In this document: positions 1 through 8,177 of the stretch, piece after piece
Numbering within the stretch: the first letter of the stretch is position 1
How the letters are laid out: every line of letters starts with the position of its first letter
IMG/VR virus record: IMGVR_UViG_2877291059_000002
DNA: 14,584 nucleotides
Direction: 5' to 3' (one strand)
Origin: a virus
Taxonomy: Duplodnaviria; Heunggongvirae; Uroviricota; Caudoviricetes
Notes under the pieces: generated by a model
The model's input: only the letters and a program-made list of their open reading frames with translations
What the model was told of the DNA's origin: nothing
The model's database searches: none
Translations under genes and position numbers: made by a program

Positions 1-207
1 CAGAATGGTGCGCTCAAACTGCCCGGTTTTTCCGCGTTAATGCGAAAATAGGTGGAAAGTTCCATCGGACAGCGCACGCCTTTAGGCACATAAATAAACG
101 TACCGTCAGAGGCTACCGCCGCATTAAGTGCGGCAAAGAAGTTGTCATTCCCCGGCACCACGGTGCCGAGATATTTACGCACCAGCTCCGGGTGATCGTG
201 GATCGCC
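1..207 (-). CDS. sufB: Fe-S cluster assembly protein SufB, internal fragment; reading frame ends abruptly near 207 where prophage-end sequence begins
   Basis: Minus-strand translation of 1-207 gives [69 protein letters not shown], recognised from memory as SufB; an in-frame stop lies immediately upstream, consistent with an insertion junction. Confidence 0.7.
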
Positions 208-288
208 TAAAGCGAGCAAAATCATTTGATACCGTTTTGAATTTTTTTTGATACCACCCAAAACGGCACAACGAAAAATTATTTGATA
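208..288. other. Putative Mu-like prophage right terminus with three copies of an ATTTGATAC-like motif (candidate transposase-binding repeats)
   Basis: Lies between the sufB break and the mom stop; TTTGATACC at about 226 and 249 and TTTGATACT at about 281; terminal TAAAGCGAGCAAAA loosely resembles the Mu right end TGAAGCGGCGCACGAAAAA as recalled. Confidence 0.35.
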
Positions 289-1026
289 CTAATCGGGAGT
301 GCTTTTAGGGTATGGCTGAACCTTGAATAGCTTAGTATTTAGCCGCTTCCTTGCTCGCTTGTTCAGGAACCTGATGTAGCGATACTGATTAAATTTGTGC
401 ACCACGGCACGCTCTTTATTAGCCCGTAAATACACGCCTCGTTGTCCACCTCGCTTCATCGCGTTCATCGTTATCTCGTGATACCACTCACCATCCAGCT
501 CGTAGAATGTGCTTTCATGGCTGCCAATAAAATCAAAATTTGACGCCTGATACACAACGCCAGCACGTCCGCAGCGTTCGTCTGCAAAAGACTGAACCCA
601 CTCCACTGACGGATACAGTAACCTTATGGTTTTCAGTGCATAACTGATGGCCCGTGATTCAGAGTTGCGGGGCATGTTGTCGTGTAGCCACATGCGGTTC
701 AACTCCATATAGCCCCGGTTATCCGTTTCAAGCACGACACGACGACCTGAGTTGGGGTTAAGGGCATATCCCCACTGGAGAACGCCAACCAGATCGCGTC
801 CGCTGAATACTCCCAGGTGGAGGTAAGAGTTATTCACAAAACGGCGGGAATAGTGCTTTGTCTGAATAATTGTGCGGGCCAGCCAGCAGGATATGGTTTC
901 AACGTGCAGCTCCTTTGAACCATAGCCAACAATCTGGCCTTCATACTCAATAACACACGGTTTCGTCAGAATGCGTGATTTTTTCTCTTTTCCCACAATG
1001 TTTCTCCGTGGGATGCTCGCAGGCAT
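289..1026 (-). CDS. mom: Mom-like DNA modification protein (adenine modification, anti-restriction); true start uncertain
   Basis: 245-aa ORF whose 5' end overlaps the 3' end of com by 80 bp, as in the Mu com-mom operon; ATG at 1026, an in-frame GTG 10 codons downstream is an alternative start. Confidence 0.75.
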   Translation of the reverse strand: MPASIPRRNIVGKEKKSRILTKPCVIEYEGQIVGYGSKELHVETISCWLARTIIQTKHYSRRFVNNSYLHLGVFSGRDLVGVLQWGYALNPNSGRRVVLETDNRGYMELNRMWLHDNMPRNSESRAISYALKTIRLLYPSVEWVQSFADERCGRAGVVYQASNFDFIGSHESTFYELDGEWYHEITMNAMKRGGQRGVYLRANKERAVVHKFNQYRYIRFLNKRARKRLNTKLFKVQPYPKSTPD

Positions 1027-1135
1027 TCAGCATTATGATGTGACGTTTGCAACGCGGACACCTGATTTCAATGTGATCAAAGGAATCCGCCTTAAATAAC
1101 AGTTTGTTGCAGTTTTTACAGCGAATTGATTTCAT
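947..1135 (-). CDS. com: Com zinc-finger translational activator of mom
   Basis: 62-aa [16 protein letters not shown]...CPRCKRH with two CxxC pairs; AGGAGG ribosome-binding site upstream of ATG at 1135; sits immediately upstream of and overlapping mom. Confidence 0.85.
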   Translation of the reverse strand: MKSIRCKNCNKLLFKADSFDHIEIRCPRCKRHIIMLNACEHPTEKHCGKREKITHSDETVCY

Positions 1136-1250
1136 CTCACCTCCTTTGCATCAATTCGCCACTATCTTAAAAAACATCGTGGGTTGAGTGTGGTTATTGG
1201 GGCATAATCGATCTATATTACCGATCGATTTGATTGATTCGATCGTCGTT
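1136..1250 (-). promoter_or_regulatory. com-mom regulatory region with a cluster of three GATC (Dam) sites
   Basis: GATC at 1210-1213, 1223-1226 and 1241-1244, just upstream of com on the minus strand and overlapping the gin 3' end; in Mu, three GATC sites upstream of the mom promoter mediate methylation-sensitive OxyR repression. Confidence 0.5.
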
Positions 1251-1811
1251 TTCTATATGTGTTCGTTTGGCGGGGTGTTTTTTATACAGCGTTGACAGGG
1301 CCACATCGTAGATCAATGCGACCTGCTTGCGGGGGATTCCTTGTGCTAATAAACGCCCGGCCTGCTCCCATTCCGCTTTGGTTAGTTTAGGTGGTCGCCC
1401 ACCGATACGGCCTTTATTTCTGGCAGCAGCAAGTCCAGCCATCGTTCTCTCGATGATTAGTTCTCGTTCCATCTCAGCCAGGGCACCCATAACGTGGAAG
1501 AAAAAACGCCCCATTGGAGATGACGTATCAATACTGTCAGTAAGACTGCGAAAATTAATCCCTCGCTCTCGTAATTCCCCTACGAGAGAAATCAAATGTT
1601 TCATGCTTCGCCCGAGGCGATCCAGTTTCCAGACAACCAGTGTGTCACCTTTTTGAAGACGCTTTAAAGCGCGTTTTAATCCAGGTCTGTCTGTCCTTGT
1701 TCCGCTTAATTTATCTTCAAATATTTGTTCACATCCTGCACAAACAAGAGCGTTTCGTTGCAGGTCTGTATTCTGGTCATTTGTTGATACCCTTACATAG
1801 CCAATCAGCAC
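1218..1811 (-). CDS. gin: Serine recombinase DNA invertase (Gin/Pin/Hin family)
   Basis: 197-aa ORF starting MLIGYVRVSTNDQNTDLQ (GTG start at 1811) with the resolvase/invertase catalytic N-terminus and a C-terminal DNA-binding region; adjacent to a gix-like site and to com-mom. Confidence 0.9.
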   Translation of the reverse strand: MLIGYVRVSTNDQNTDLQRNALVCAGCEQIFEDKLSGTRTDRPGLKRALKRLQKGDTLVVWKLDRLGRSMKHLISLVGELRERGINFRSLTDSIDTSSPMGRFFFHVMGALAEMERELIIERTMAGLAAARNKGRIGGRPPKLTKAEWEQAGRLLAQGIPRKQVALIYDVALSTLYKKHPAKRTHIENDDRINQIDR

Positions 1812-1865
1812 TCTGGATCTCCCGTTTAAAAACGCAAATCATGCCATGCAGGCCGGAAACAGCCA

Positions 1866-1891
1866 TTATCTAAAACCTCGGTTTACAGGAA
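1866..1891. other. gix-type recombination site for the Gin invertase
   Basis: TTATCTAAAACCTCGGTTTACAGGAA; reverse complement differs at one position from the Mu gix sequence as recalled; 55 bp upstream of the gin start. Confidence 0.7.
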
Positions 1892-2003
1892 ACGGTAAAT
1901 CAGGCTTCTGGCGCATTACAGAAAAACCAGAACGGCGCAGATATTCCAAGGAAAAGATACCTTCAACCAAAATATTGGTGCCTGTCGCGCATATAGCGCA
2001 TGG

Positions 2004-2245
2004 GTGGATATTGGTGGCGATAGTCAGGTCTGGACAACTGCGCAATTTATTTCGTGGCTGGAGAGTCAGGGGGCATTTAACCATCCTTACTGGATGTGCA
2101 AAGGCTCATGGGCTTATGCAAATAATAAGGTCATTACAGATACAGGTTGCGGAAATATTTGTCTTGCAGGTGCTGTTGTGGAAGTTACTGGCACTCGTGG
2201 CGCAATGACCATACGCGTTACCACGCCGGGCACGTCCAGCAGCTG
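2004..2245 (+). pseudogene. Possible remnant of an invertible G-segment tail-fibre gene, truncated by IS insertion
   Basis: ORF in the position expected for G-segment variable tail-fibre genes next to gix; runs into the IS terminal sequence at 2246; no motif recognised. Confidence 0.25.
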
Positions 2246-2639
2246 TGAGGTGTACTGGCAATAGCGGACACTACCATTTGTTCTTTTTTTAAGCACAGCC
2301 ATCTGATGATATTTTTCCCTGAAGGCTGCCGGGGAGATATTCCCCAGACGAGAGTGACGACGCTGACGATTGTAGAAAACTCTCAATGTATTCCCGTATT
2401 ACTGAGATGGCTTCATCCCGGTTAATTAAAACGATAGTGGCTCTGTGAGGTGTACTGGCAATAGCGGATACTACCATTTGTTCTTTTTTAAGCAGCCATC
2501 TGATGATATTTTTCCCTGAAGGCTGCCGGGGAGATATTCCCCAGACGAGAGTGACGACGCTGACGATTGTAGAAAATCTCAATGTATTCCCGTATTACTG
2601 AGGCCCGGCAGGTGGGCGCTGGCTCCTGAGCGCCATAAA
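2246..2639. repeat. Two tandem near-identical ~195-bp copies of the IS3-family right-end segment, followed by a third copy that continues into the element
   Basis: 2246-2445 and 2446-2639 are near-identical with a few substitutions or indels; copy 2 carries an extra internal deletion. Confidence 0.8.
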
Positions 2640-3160
2640 TGAGGTGTACTGGCAATAGCGGACACTACCATTTGTTCCATGGCGTAACCGACAATTTCGC
2701 ACGTATAAACATCTTTGACGCCGGCGAGATACAGCCATCCTTCCCGGGTGGCAACATACGTTATATCTGCGACCCAGACCTGATTAGGTGCTGTGGGCGT
2801 AAAGTTCTGATTCAGCAGATTCGGCGTAACCGGCAGATTGTGGTCAGAGTTTGTGGTCGCCCTGAACTTGCGTTTCTGCTTACAGTGCAGCCTCAGCTCC
2901 TTACGAAGACGTGCCAGTCTGTCACGACCGACGATAATTCCGTTATCTTCCAGCTCCGTCTGGAGCCGCCGGGTTCCATATGTTTCGCGAGTGCGGATAT
3001 GTGCCACCTTAATCTCCAGTTTTAGCCGCTCATCACTTTGTTTTCTGTCTGAGGGGGCATGCTGTACCCGGTCGTAATAACCGCTCCTCTGAGGGTTCAT
3101 GCTGTACCCGGTCGTAATAACCGCTCCTGGATACACCAGGTACCCGACACATCGCTTCAA
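2579..3160 (-). pseudogene. IS3-family transposase OrfB, N-terminal part with an internal deletion removing the catalytic DDE region
   Basis: 193-aa ORF matches the first 148 residues of the 6292-7263 OrfB, then jumps from EIVGYAM directly to IS-end-derived sequence. Confidence 0.7.
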
Positions 3161-3492
3161 CAGGGAATTGTTGTCGCCATTGTTCGACTAACGCGCATTT
3201 TTCAGCGACTCCTGGGCAAAATACGCTGTTGCTTTTTTTAATATATCTCGCTCAAGTCGTGCTTCATTTAAAACACATCGCTTCAATGGGAATTGTTGTC
3301 GACCATTGTTCGATTAACGCGTATTTTCTAGCGACTCCTGTGCAAAATACGCTGTTGCTTTTTTAATTATATCTCGCCCAAGGCGAGCCTCATTTAACGC
3401 CTTACGCAGTTGCAGAATTTCAGATTCCAGTTCAGCCACCGTGCGGGAACCAGGAGTACCGAGCCCTTTTCTGGCGGCGGTAACCCATTGTC

Positions 3493-3717
3493 CTAAAGGG
3501 CCTTCAGGAAGGGTATCGTCGGACGGTTGCCTGGCTCCTCTGGTGATGAGATGCTCCCCTCACTCACAACTGGCTGGATGAACTCCGCACCATAACCAGC
3601 TGTCGAAATCAGCGCACTACCATAAGGCTGCCACCCTTCCTTCAGTTTTTGAGTTATTCGTTTCGCAAGGTCTGACGGCGACGCCGCCCTGACAACATCA
3701 TAGTGTTTAAATGCCAT
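3493..3717 (-). CDS. Small hypothetical protein, copy 1; 3' end replaced by adjacent IS-derived sequence
   Basis: ATG at 3717 with a GGAGG ribosome-binding site; first 47 residues MAFKHYDVVRAASPSDLAKRITQKLKEGWQPYGSALISTAGYGAEFI shared with copy 2, then diverges. Confidence 0.3.
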   Translation of the reverse strand: MAFKHYDVVRAASPSDLAKRITQKLKEGWQPYGSALISTAGYGAEFIQPVVSEGSISSPEEPGNRPTIPFLKAL

Positions 3718-3898
3718 GAATCCTCCCGGCCGGGATAATATTGTGAGTAAAATAAGGAGCGGGCTGAAGTCCGGAAGTTACAGGACAATGGCAGAAGGGA
3801 GACTACAGCCCGCAATTCGAAAAAGGTCGCGCAGTTGCGCAGAGTGATTACTATGGGGTATTATTCGCCAGCTGAAATATTACTTCACGTTTCATTGT

Positions 3899-4123
3899 TT
3901 ATTCCTTGCCGCCCGCGTCTCCCAGCGCGGGCTTTTTTGTCCATAAGAAAGCCCCTCCGGAGAGGGGCTGGAGAGGTGGCGCGATGAACTCCGCACCATA
4001 ACCAGCTGTCGAAATCAGCGCACTACCATAAGGCTGCCACCCTTCCTTCAGTTTTTGAGTTATTCGTTTCGCAAGGTCTGACGGCGACGCCACCCTGACA
4101 ACATCATAGTGTTTAAATGCCAT
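3899..4123 (-). CDS. Small hypothetical protein, copy 2; C-terminal extension reads through terminator hairpins, so the native 3' end is probably missing
   Basis: ATG at 4123 preceded by GGGAGG; conserved 47-residue N-terminus; no family recognised. Confidence 0.35.
   Translation of the reverse strand: MAFKHYDVVRVASPSDLAKRITQKLKEGWQPYGSALISTAGYGAEFIAPPLQPLSGGAFLWTKKPALGDAGGKE
3911..3938 (+). terminator. Intrinsic terminator-like hairpin (GCCCGCG/CGCGGGC stem, T6 tail), copy 1 of the duplicated unit
   Basis: 7-bp GC stem, 8-nt loop, followed by TTTTTT. Confidence 0.5.
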
Positions 4124-4316
4124 GAATCCTCCCGGCCGGGATAATATTGTGAGTAAAATAAGGAGCGGGCTGAAGTCCGGAAGTTACAGGACAATGGCAG
4201 AAGGGAGACTACAGCCCGCAATTCGAAAAAGGTCGCGCAGTTGCGCAGAGTGATTACTATGGGGTATTATTCGCCAGCTGAAATATTACTTCACGTTTCA
4301 TTGTTTATTCCTTGCC

Positions 4317-4344
4317 GCCCGCGTCTCCCAGCGCGGGCTTTTTT
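4317..4344 (+). terminator. Intrinsic terminator-like hairpin, copy 2 of the duplicated unit
   Basis: Identical stem-loop plus T6 exactly 406 bp downstream of copy 1. Confidence 0.5.
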
Positions 4345-4608
4345 GTCCATAAGAAAGCCCCTCCGGAGAGGGGCTGGAGAGTGGCGCGATGTGCCATTGT
4401 ATGGTGCCGGGTGCCTCCCGGTGAGTTCAGCCCGGTGCCACTAAACCCGCGTCATTCTCGTTTTGATAATCAGAGATTATACCGTCACCAGTCGCCCCTC
4501 CGCTCAGGGGGATTCACCATGCAGTTTTTTCTAACAAATTCTCATCCGGGCAGACAACATTCAACTGACTTAATTGTGAGGTATGTAACATTCCTGTTGA
4601 ACGGATAC

Positions 4609-4638
4609 AAAAAAAGCCAGCCACCAGGGGAGGCTGGC
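4609..4638 (-). terminator. Minus-strand intrinsic terminator candidate
   Basis: GCCAGCC/GGCTGGC stem with a 9-nt loop, followed on the minus strand by a 7-U run (plus-strand A7 at 4609-4615). Confidence 0.45.
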
Positions 4639-4818
4639 AAACTCGTAGAGCAAAATGCTGTTACGCAAACTTCGTTACAGGGTTATCCTGCAATACTTAA
4701 AATATACAATATTTAGAAAACTAATAGTGCCATATGAGATTTTTAAGATTTTGTTATTAATTGCGGTCGCACCTTCCTTTCTGTGTACTTTCCGTATAGC
4801 TCACAGGATTCTGGGTAC

Positions 4819-4841
4819 AAAAAAACCCGCGCATCGGCGGG
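4819..4841 (-). terminator. Minus-strand intrinsic terminator candidate
   Basis: CCCGC/GCGGG stem with a 6-nt loop, followed on the minus strand by a 7-U run (plus-strand A7 at 4819-4825). Confidence 0.4.
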
Positions 4842-5125
4842 TTCGGCTGCGTGGCAATGTAACCACTCTTATCATGATATGCAGATTTTTACGTACGTAA
4901 AATACTTTTTTGGCATCCCACTTTATTCAGGTATGGAATCAAACAAGAGGACCGGGGTTCTACGGCGCTTTACACCCCCTCGGGCGAGGATTTTCGAGCT
5001 CTTTTTTTACCACATAGCAATGTATTCAGTCGGCGTTGTTTGGGGCTTCTGCATGGACGACACCAGCTTTGCGGCCTTTTCTTATTCCCACAAATTCTGA
5101 ATCCGAATTTTTTCTCAATTTAGTT

Positions 5126-5887
5126 GGTGATGCTTCCAATTAGTAGAACATGTGTTTTTCAATAAACGTCCCGATGACTTTTTCGTGGATCTCTACTGAA
5201 CGCGAGAAGCAGATTGTTTTACGAGCCAAGCGCTTAATGCGGGTGCGCAGCGTCAGGTTATTGCGCTCAATCCGTTGGGTGAATATTTTGATGCTTATCC
5301 TTCGGCACCTCCCGGCGTTGGTGATGCTTCCAATTAGTAGAACATGTGTTTTTCAATAAACGTCCCGATGACTTTTTCGTGGATCTCTACTGAACGCGAG
5401 AAGCAGATTGTTTTACGAGCCAAGCGCTTAATGCGGGTGCGCAGCGTCAGGTTATTGCGCTCAATCCGTTGGGTGAATATTTTTCCGGTCAGATGCTTAT
5501 CCTTCGGCACCTCCCGGCCATAGCTGCCCCAGTCGTCGCTGGTGATCATGCCGATGTTGAATGGCGTAAGTGAGTTTTTTAAAGTCCGGATGACGGTGTT
5601 AATGCCAATTTTCAGTGTCCTGGCGGTATCGCGAACCCCGGCGCCATTGAAGGCCATTTCAGTGATCAGCTCTTTAATGCCCGGCTTACGGGCCTCATAA
5701 GTGTAAGTGAGCTGAAAAACACGCGGTGGCAGTCACGGCAGCGAAATCTGTCATGGCCTTTAGGGTTCTGACCATGGCGGTAGACCTGTGCAGACTGACA
5801 ACGAGGACAATGAATGTTAACGCTGGCCATGAAAGAACCTCAAAAGCCCGCATTATACATCAGATTCAACTAATTAGAGGCATCACC
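5126..5887 (-). mobile_element. Divergent IS1-family element remnant with a ~200-bp internal deletion and a tandem duplication of its first 194 bp
   Basis: Imperfect terminal inverted repeats GGTGATGCTTCCAATTAGTAG (at 5126 and again at 5320) and GGTGATGCCTCTAATTAGTTG (reverse complement, ending at 5887); InsA-like and InsB-like coding sequence on the minus strand. Confidence 0.75.
5334..5657 (-). pseudogene. IS1-family InsA C-terminus fused to InsB C-terminal part (InsB N-terminal ~100 residues deleted)
   Basis: MAFNGAGVRDTARTLKIGINTVIRTLKNS resembles the IS1 InsA C-terminus, followed by ...KIFTQRIERNNLTLRTRIKRLARK... resembling the IS1 InsB C-terminus; the upstream InsA N-terminus is frameshifted. 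Confidence 0.7.
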
Positions 5888-5896
5888 CCGTATTCC

Positions 5897-7151
5897 TGAG
5901 TTTAACGGACACTCCTTCCTGAAATAGAATGGCATCAGAAGGAGCTAATAATGAGCAGAAAAACCCAACGTTACTCTAAAGAGTTCAAAGCCGAAGCTGT
6001 CAGAACGGTTCTTGAAAATCAACTTTCGATCAGTGAAGGCGCTTCCCGATTATCCCTTCCTGAAGGCCCTTTAGGACACCTGAGTTTAACGGACACTCCT
6101 TCCTGAAATAGAATGGCATCAGAAGGAGCTAATAATGAGCAGAAAAACCCAACGTTACTCTAAAGAGTTCAAAGCCGAAGCTGTCAGAACGGTTCTTGAA
6201 AATCAACTTTCGATCAGTGAAGGCGCTTCCCGATTATCCCTTCCTGAAGGCCCTTTAGGACAATGGGTACAACAATTCCCATTGAAGCGATGTGTTCGGG
6301 TACCTGGTGTATCCAGGAGCGGTTATTACGACCGGGTACAGCATGAACCCTCAGAGGAGCGGTTATTACGACCGGGTACAGCATGCCCCCTCAGACAGAA
6401 AACAAAGTGATGAGCGGCTAAAACTGGAGATTAAGGTGGCACATATCCGCACTCGCGAAACATATGGAACCCGGCGGCTCCAGACGGAGCTGGAAGATAA
6501 CGGAATTATCGTCGGTCGTGACAGACTGGCACGTCTTCGTAAGGAGCTGAGGCTGCACTGTAAGCAGAAACGCAAGTTCAGGGCGACCACAAACTCTGAC
6601 CACAATCTGCCGGTTACGCCGAATCTGCTGAATCAGAACTTTACGCCCACAGCACCTAATCAGGTCTGGGTCGCAGATATAACGTATGTTGCCACCCGGG
6701 AAGGATGGCTGTATCTCGCCGGCGTCAAAGATGTTTATACGTGCGAAATTGTCGGTTACGCCATGGGAGAGCGCATGACGAAAGAGTTGACGGGGAAAGC
6801 CCTGTTTATGGCGCTCAGGAGCCAGCGCCCACCTGCCGGGCTAATCCACCACACCGATCGAGGTTCACAGTACTGCGCATACGATTACCGGGTCATACAG
6901 GAGCAGTCTGGTCTGAAAACATCAATGTCGCGTAAAGGTAACTGTTACGACAACGCTCCGATGGAAAGCTTCTGGGGAACGCTGAAAAATGAAAGCCTGA
7001 GCCACTATCGTTTTAAGAGCCGGGATGAGGCCATCTCAGTAATACGGGAATACATTGAGATTTTCTACAATCGTCATCAGGGAAAAATATCATCAGATGG
7101 CTGCTTAAAAAAAGAACAAATGGTAGTGTCCGCTATTGCCAGTACACCTCA
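5897..7151 (+). mobile_element. IS3-family (IS600-like) element, plus orientation, with internal tandem duplications and deletions
   Basis: Ends TGAGTTTAACGGACAC (5897) and ...GCCAGTACACCTCA (7151); the left-end/orfA 5' segment of ~190 bp is duplicated (5886-6073 and 6076-6263). Confidence 0.8.
6135..6410 (+). pseudogene. IS3-family OrfA (HTH) with a deletion of its leucine-zipper region, fused in frame to downstream sequence
   Basis: MSRKTQRYSKEFKAEAVRTVLENQLSISEGASRLSLPEG recognised as an IS600-like OrfA N-terminus; the C-terminal part present in the minus-strand copy (3160-3490) is absent here. Confidence 0.6.
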
Positions 7152-7263
7152 GATTATCGCCAACCAGATCCGAACTCCCCATGATGGATGCGAGCTGCTC
7201 CTCGTTGTAATCCCGCCCAAATACGGTATTACTGGTTTTTACGCAAGCCAGATCAGGCATTGA
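6292..7263 (+). pseudogene. IS3-family transposase OrfB (DDE integrase fold) with a ~47-bp deletion near the 3' end causing read-through past the IS terminus
   Basis: Retroviral-integrase-like core (HTDRGSQY...CYDNAPMESFWGTLKNE); compared with the copy at 2246-2445, sequence after FYNR is deleted, so the ORF runs out of the element. Confidence 0.7.
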
Positions 7264-7812
7264 GGGGGCAAAAAACTCGTAATCACTCAGATCACCACGC
7301 TGGATAAGCTCACGAATCGTTGTAGGCTTGATCAGGCATTCGTAGTACTTGCCCATCCAGGCCGCGAACGGGGTACCGGAAAGCCCAAGAACCCTGATGT
7401 CTTTGTCCCGGATAACCTCAAGTAACGCACGGCGCTTCATGTGTGCTTCATCGATGATCAGCAGATCGATATTGTCAGGGAACTCACGACGGATCAGCGT
7501 GTCAGCGCTGGCAATCTGAATCAGTCGTGACGGGTCATAGTTAGGGTGATCACGCCATACAAAACTGATTTCTTCCCACGGCAAACCGTATTCGGTGAAA
7601 CGCTCTGCTGTCTGGTTCAGCAGGATTGTGTACGGGCAAACGAACATCACCCGCATACCACGTTCAACCATTCCGGCTGTGACGAATGCTGCAAGACCAG
7701 TTTTTCCAGAGCCAGTGAGTGCGTACATCAGGTACGTGCGATGCTGTTTCCACTCGTGCCGCAGCTGGTTTAAACCGCGCTCCTGTGCAAAGTTTGGGGT
7801 GATTTTCAGCAT
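7105..7812 (-). CDS. Phage SF2-type helicase, N-terminal ~220 residues only; C-terminus truncated by the IS insertion at 7151/7152
   Basis: Walker A LTGSGKTG and DEAH-like LLIIDEAH motifs; the last ~15 codons of the ORF are IS-derived. Confidence 0.7.
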   Translation of the reverse strand: MLKITPNFAQERGLNQLRHEWKQHRTYLMYALTGSGKTGLAAFVTAGMVERGMRVMFVCPYTILLNQTAERFTEYGLPWEEISFVWRDHPNYDPSRLIQIASADTLIRREFPDNIDLLIIDEAHMKRRALLEVIRDKDIRVLGLSGTPFAAWMGKYYECLIKPTTIRELIQRGDLSDYEFFAPSMPDLACVKTSNTVFGRDYNEEQLASIMGSSDLVGDNLRCTGNSGHYHLFFF

Positions 7813-8177
7813 GACGCCCCCTTGCTACGTGGTTTACCCGTTGCCGGGATCACGTCGATCTCATCACTAACGTATTGTTCAGGATTTCGTGAGCAGCGCA
7901 GAAGCACGATACCAGGAATGCCGTATAGCTTGAGTCTGCGCAGTTTCAGTATTGAACGTGCCCGTGGTGATGCTCTGTCCACCTCGATCGCGCACCGTTC
8001 ACCAGATGGGGCAACGGCCACGATATCGACGAATCCGCGCTTACCGTTGCCCATATCAACCAGATAATTACGTTCGATCGCCAGTCCGGCATCACGCAAT
8101 TTGGCAGCCAGCACATAATCAAACGTGACCTTGTCTTTTCCGGTGTAGAATTGGTTTCCGAGCAGGCTGACAACCAC
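7806..8177 (-). CDS. Hypothetical protein, translationally coupled to the helicase gene
   Basis: 123-aa ORF with GTG start at 8177 and no clear ribosome-binding site; stop overlaps the helicase ATG; no family recognised. Confidence 0.4.
   Translation of the reverse strand: MVVSLLGNQFYTGKDKVTFDYVLAAKLRDAGLAIERNYLVDMGNGKRGFVDIVAVAPSGERCAIEVDRASPRARSILKLRRLKLYGIPGIVLLRCSRNPEQYVSDEIDVIPATGKPRSKGASC

Larger units (their letters stand above)
2246..3525 (-). mobile_element. IS3-family (IS600-like) element, rearranged and truncated; the right-end segment is present three times in tandem and the left end is missing
   Basis: Terminal sequence TGAGGTGTACTGGCAATAGCGGACACTACC begins at 2246, 2446 and 2640; interior encodes transposase OrfB and OrfA fragments on the minus strand. 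Confidence 0.75.
3570..4390. repeat. Tandem duplication of a ~406-bp unit (copies at about 3577-3982 and 3983-4387) carrying a small ORF and terminator hairpins
   Basis: GATGAACTCCGCACCATAACC recurs at 3577 and 3983; the copies differ by a few substitutions and one indel. Confidence 0.85.

Noticed and set aside
1327-2084. ORFs 1327-1656 (+), 1640-1873 (+) and 1866-2084 (-) overlapping gin and the gix region
   Set aside because: Antisense to or overlapping the well-supported gin gene; low-complexity composition and no ribosome-binding sites; treated as spurious.
2246-2639. Regularly spaced ~195-bp repeats that could be mistaken for a repeat array such as CRISPR
   Set aside because: Units are ~195 bp with no intervening unique spacers and are copies of an IS terminal segment including its inverted repeat; not CRISPR-like in size or structure.
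3570-4390. Type I toxin-antitoxin (hok/sok-like) interpretation of the small ORF with convergent terminator
   Set aside because: The small ORF product is hydrophilic with no transmembrane segment, and it does not resemble Hok, Ldr or TisB as recalled.
4312-5100. Plus-strand ORFs 4312-4716, 4655-4900 and 4783-5100
   Set aside because: No convincing ribosome-binding sites; they read through terminator hairpins and palindromes; composition not protein-like. The stretch is reported as unassigned instead.
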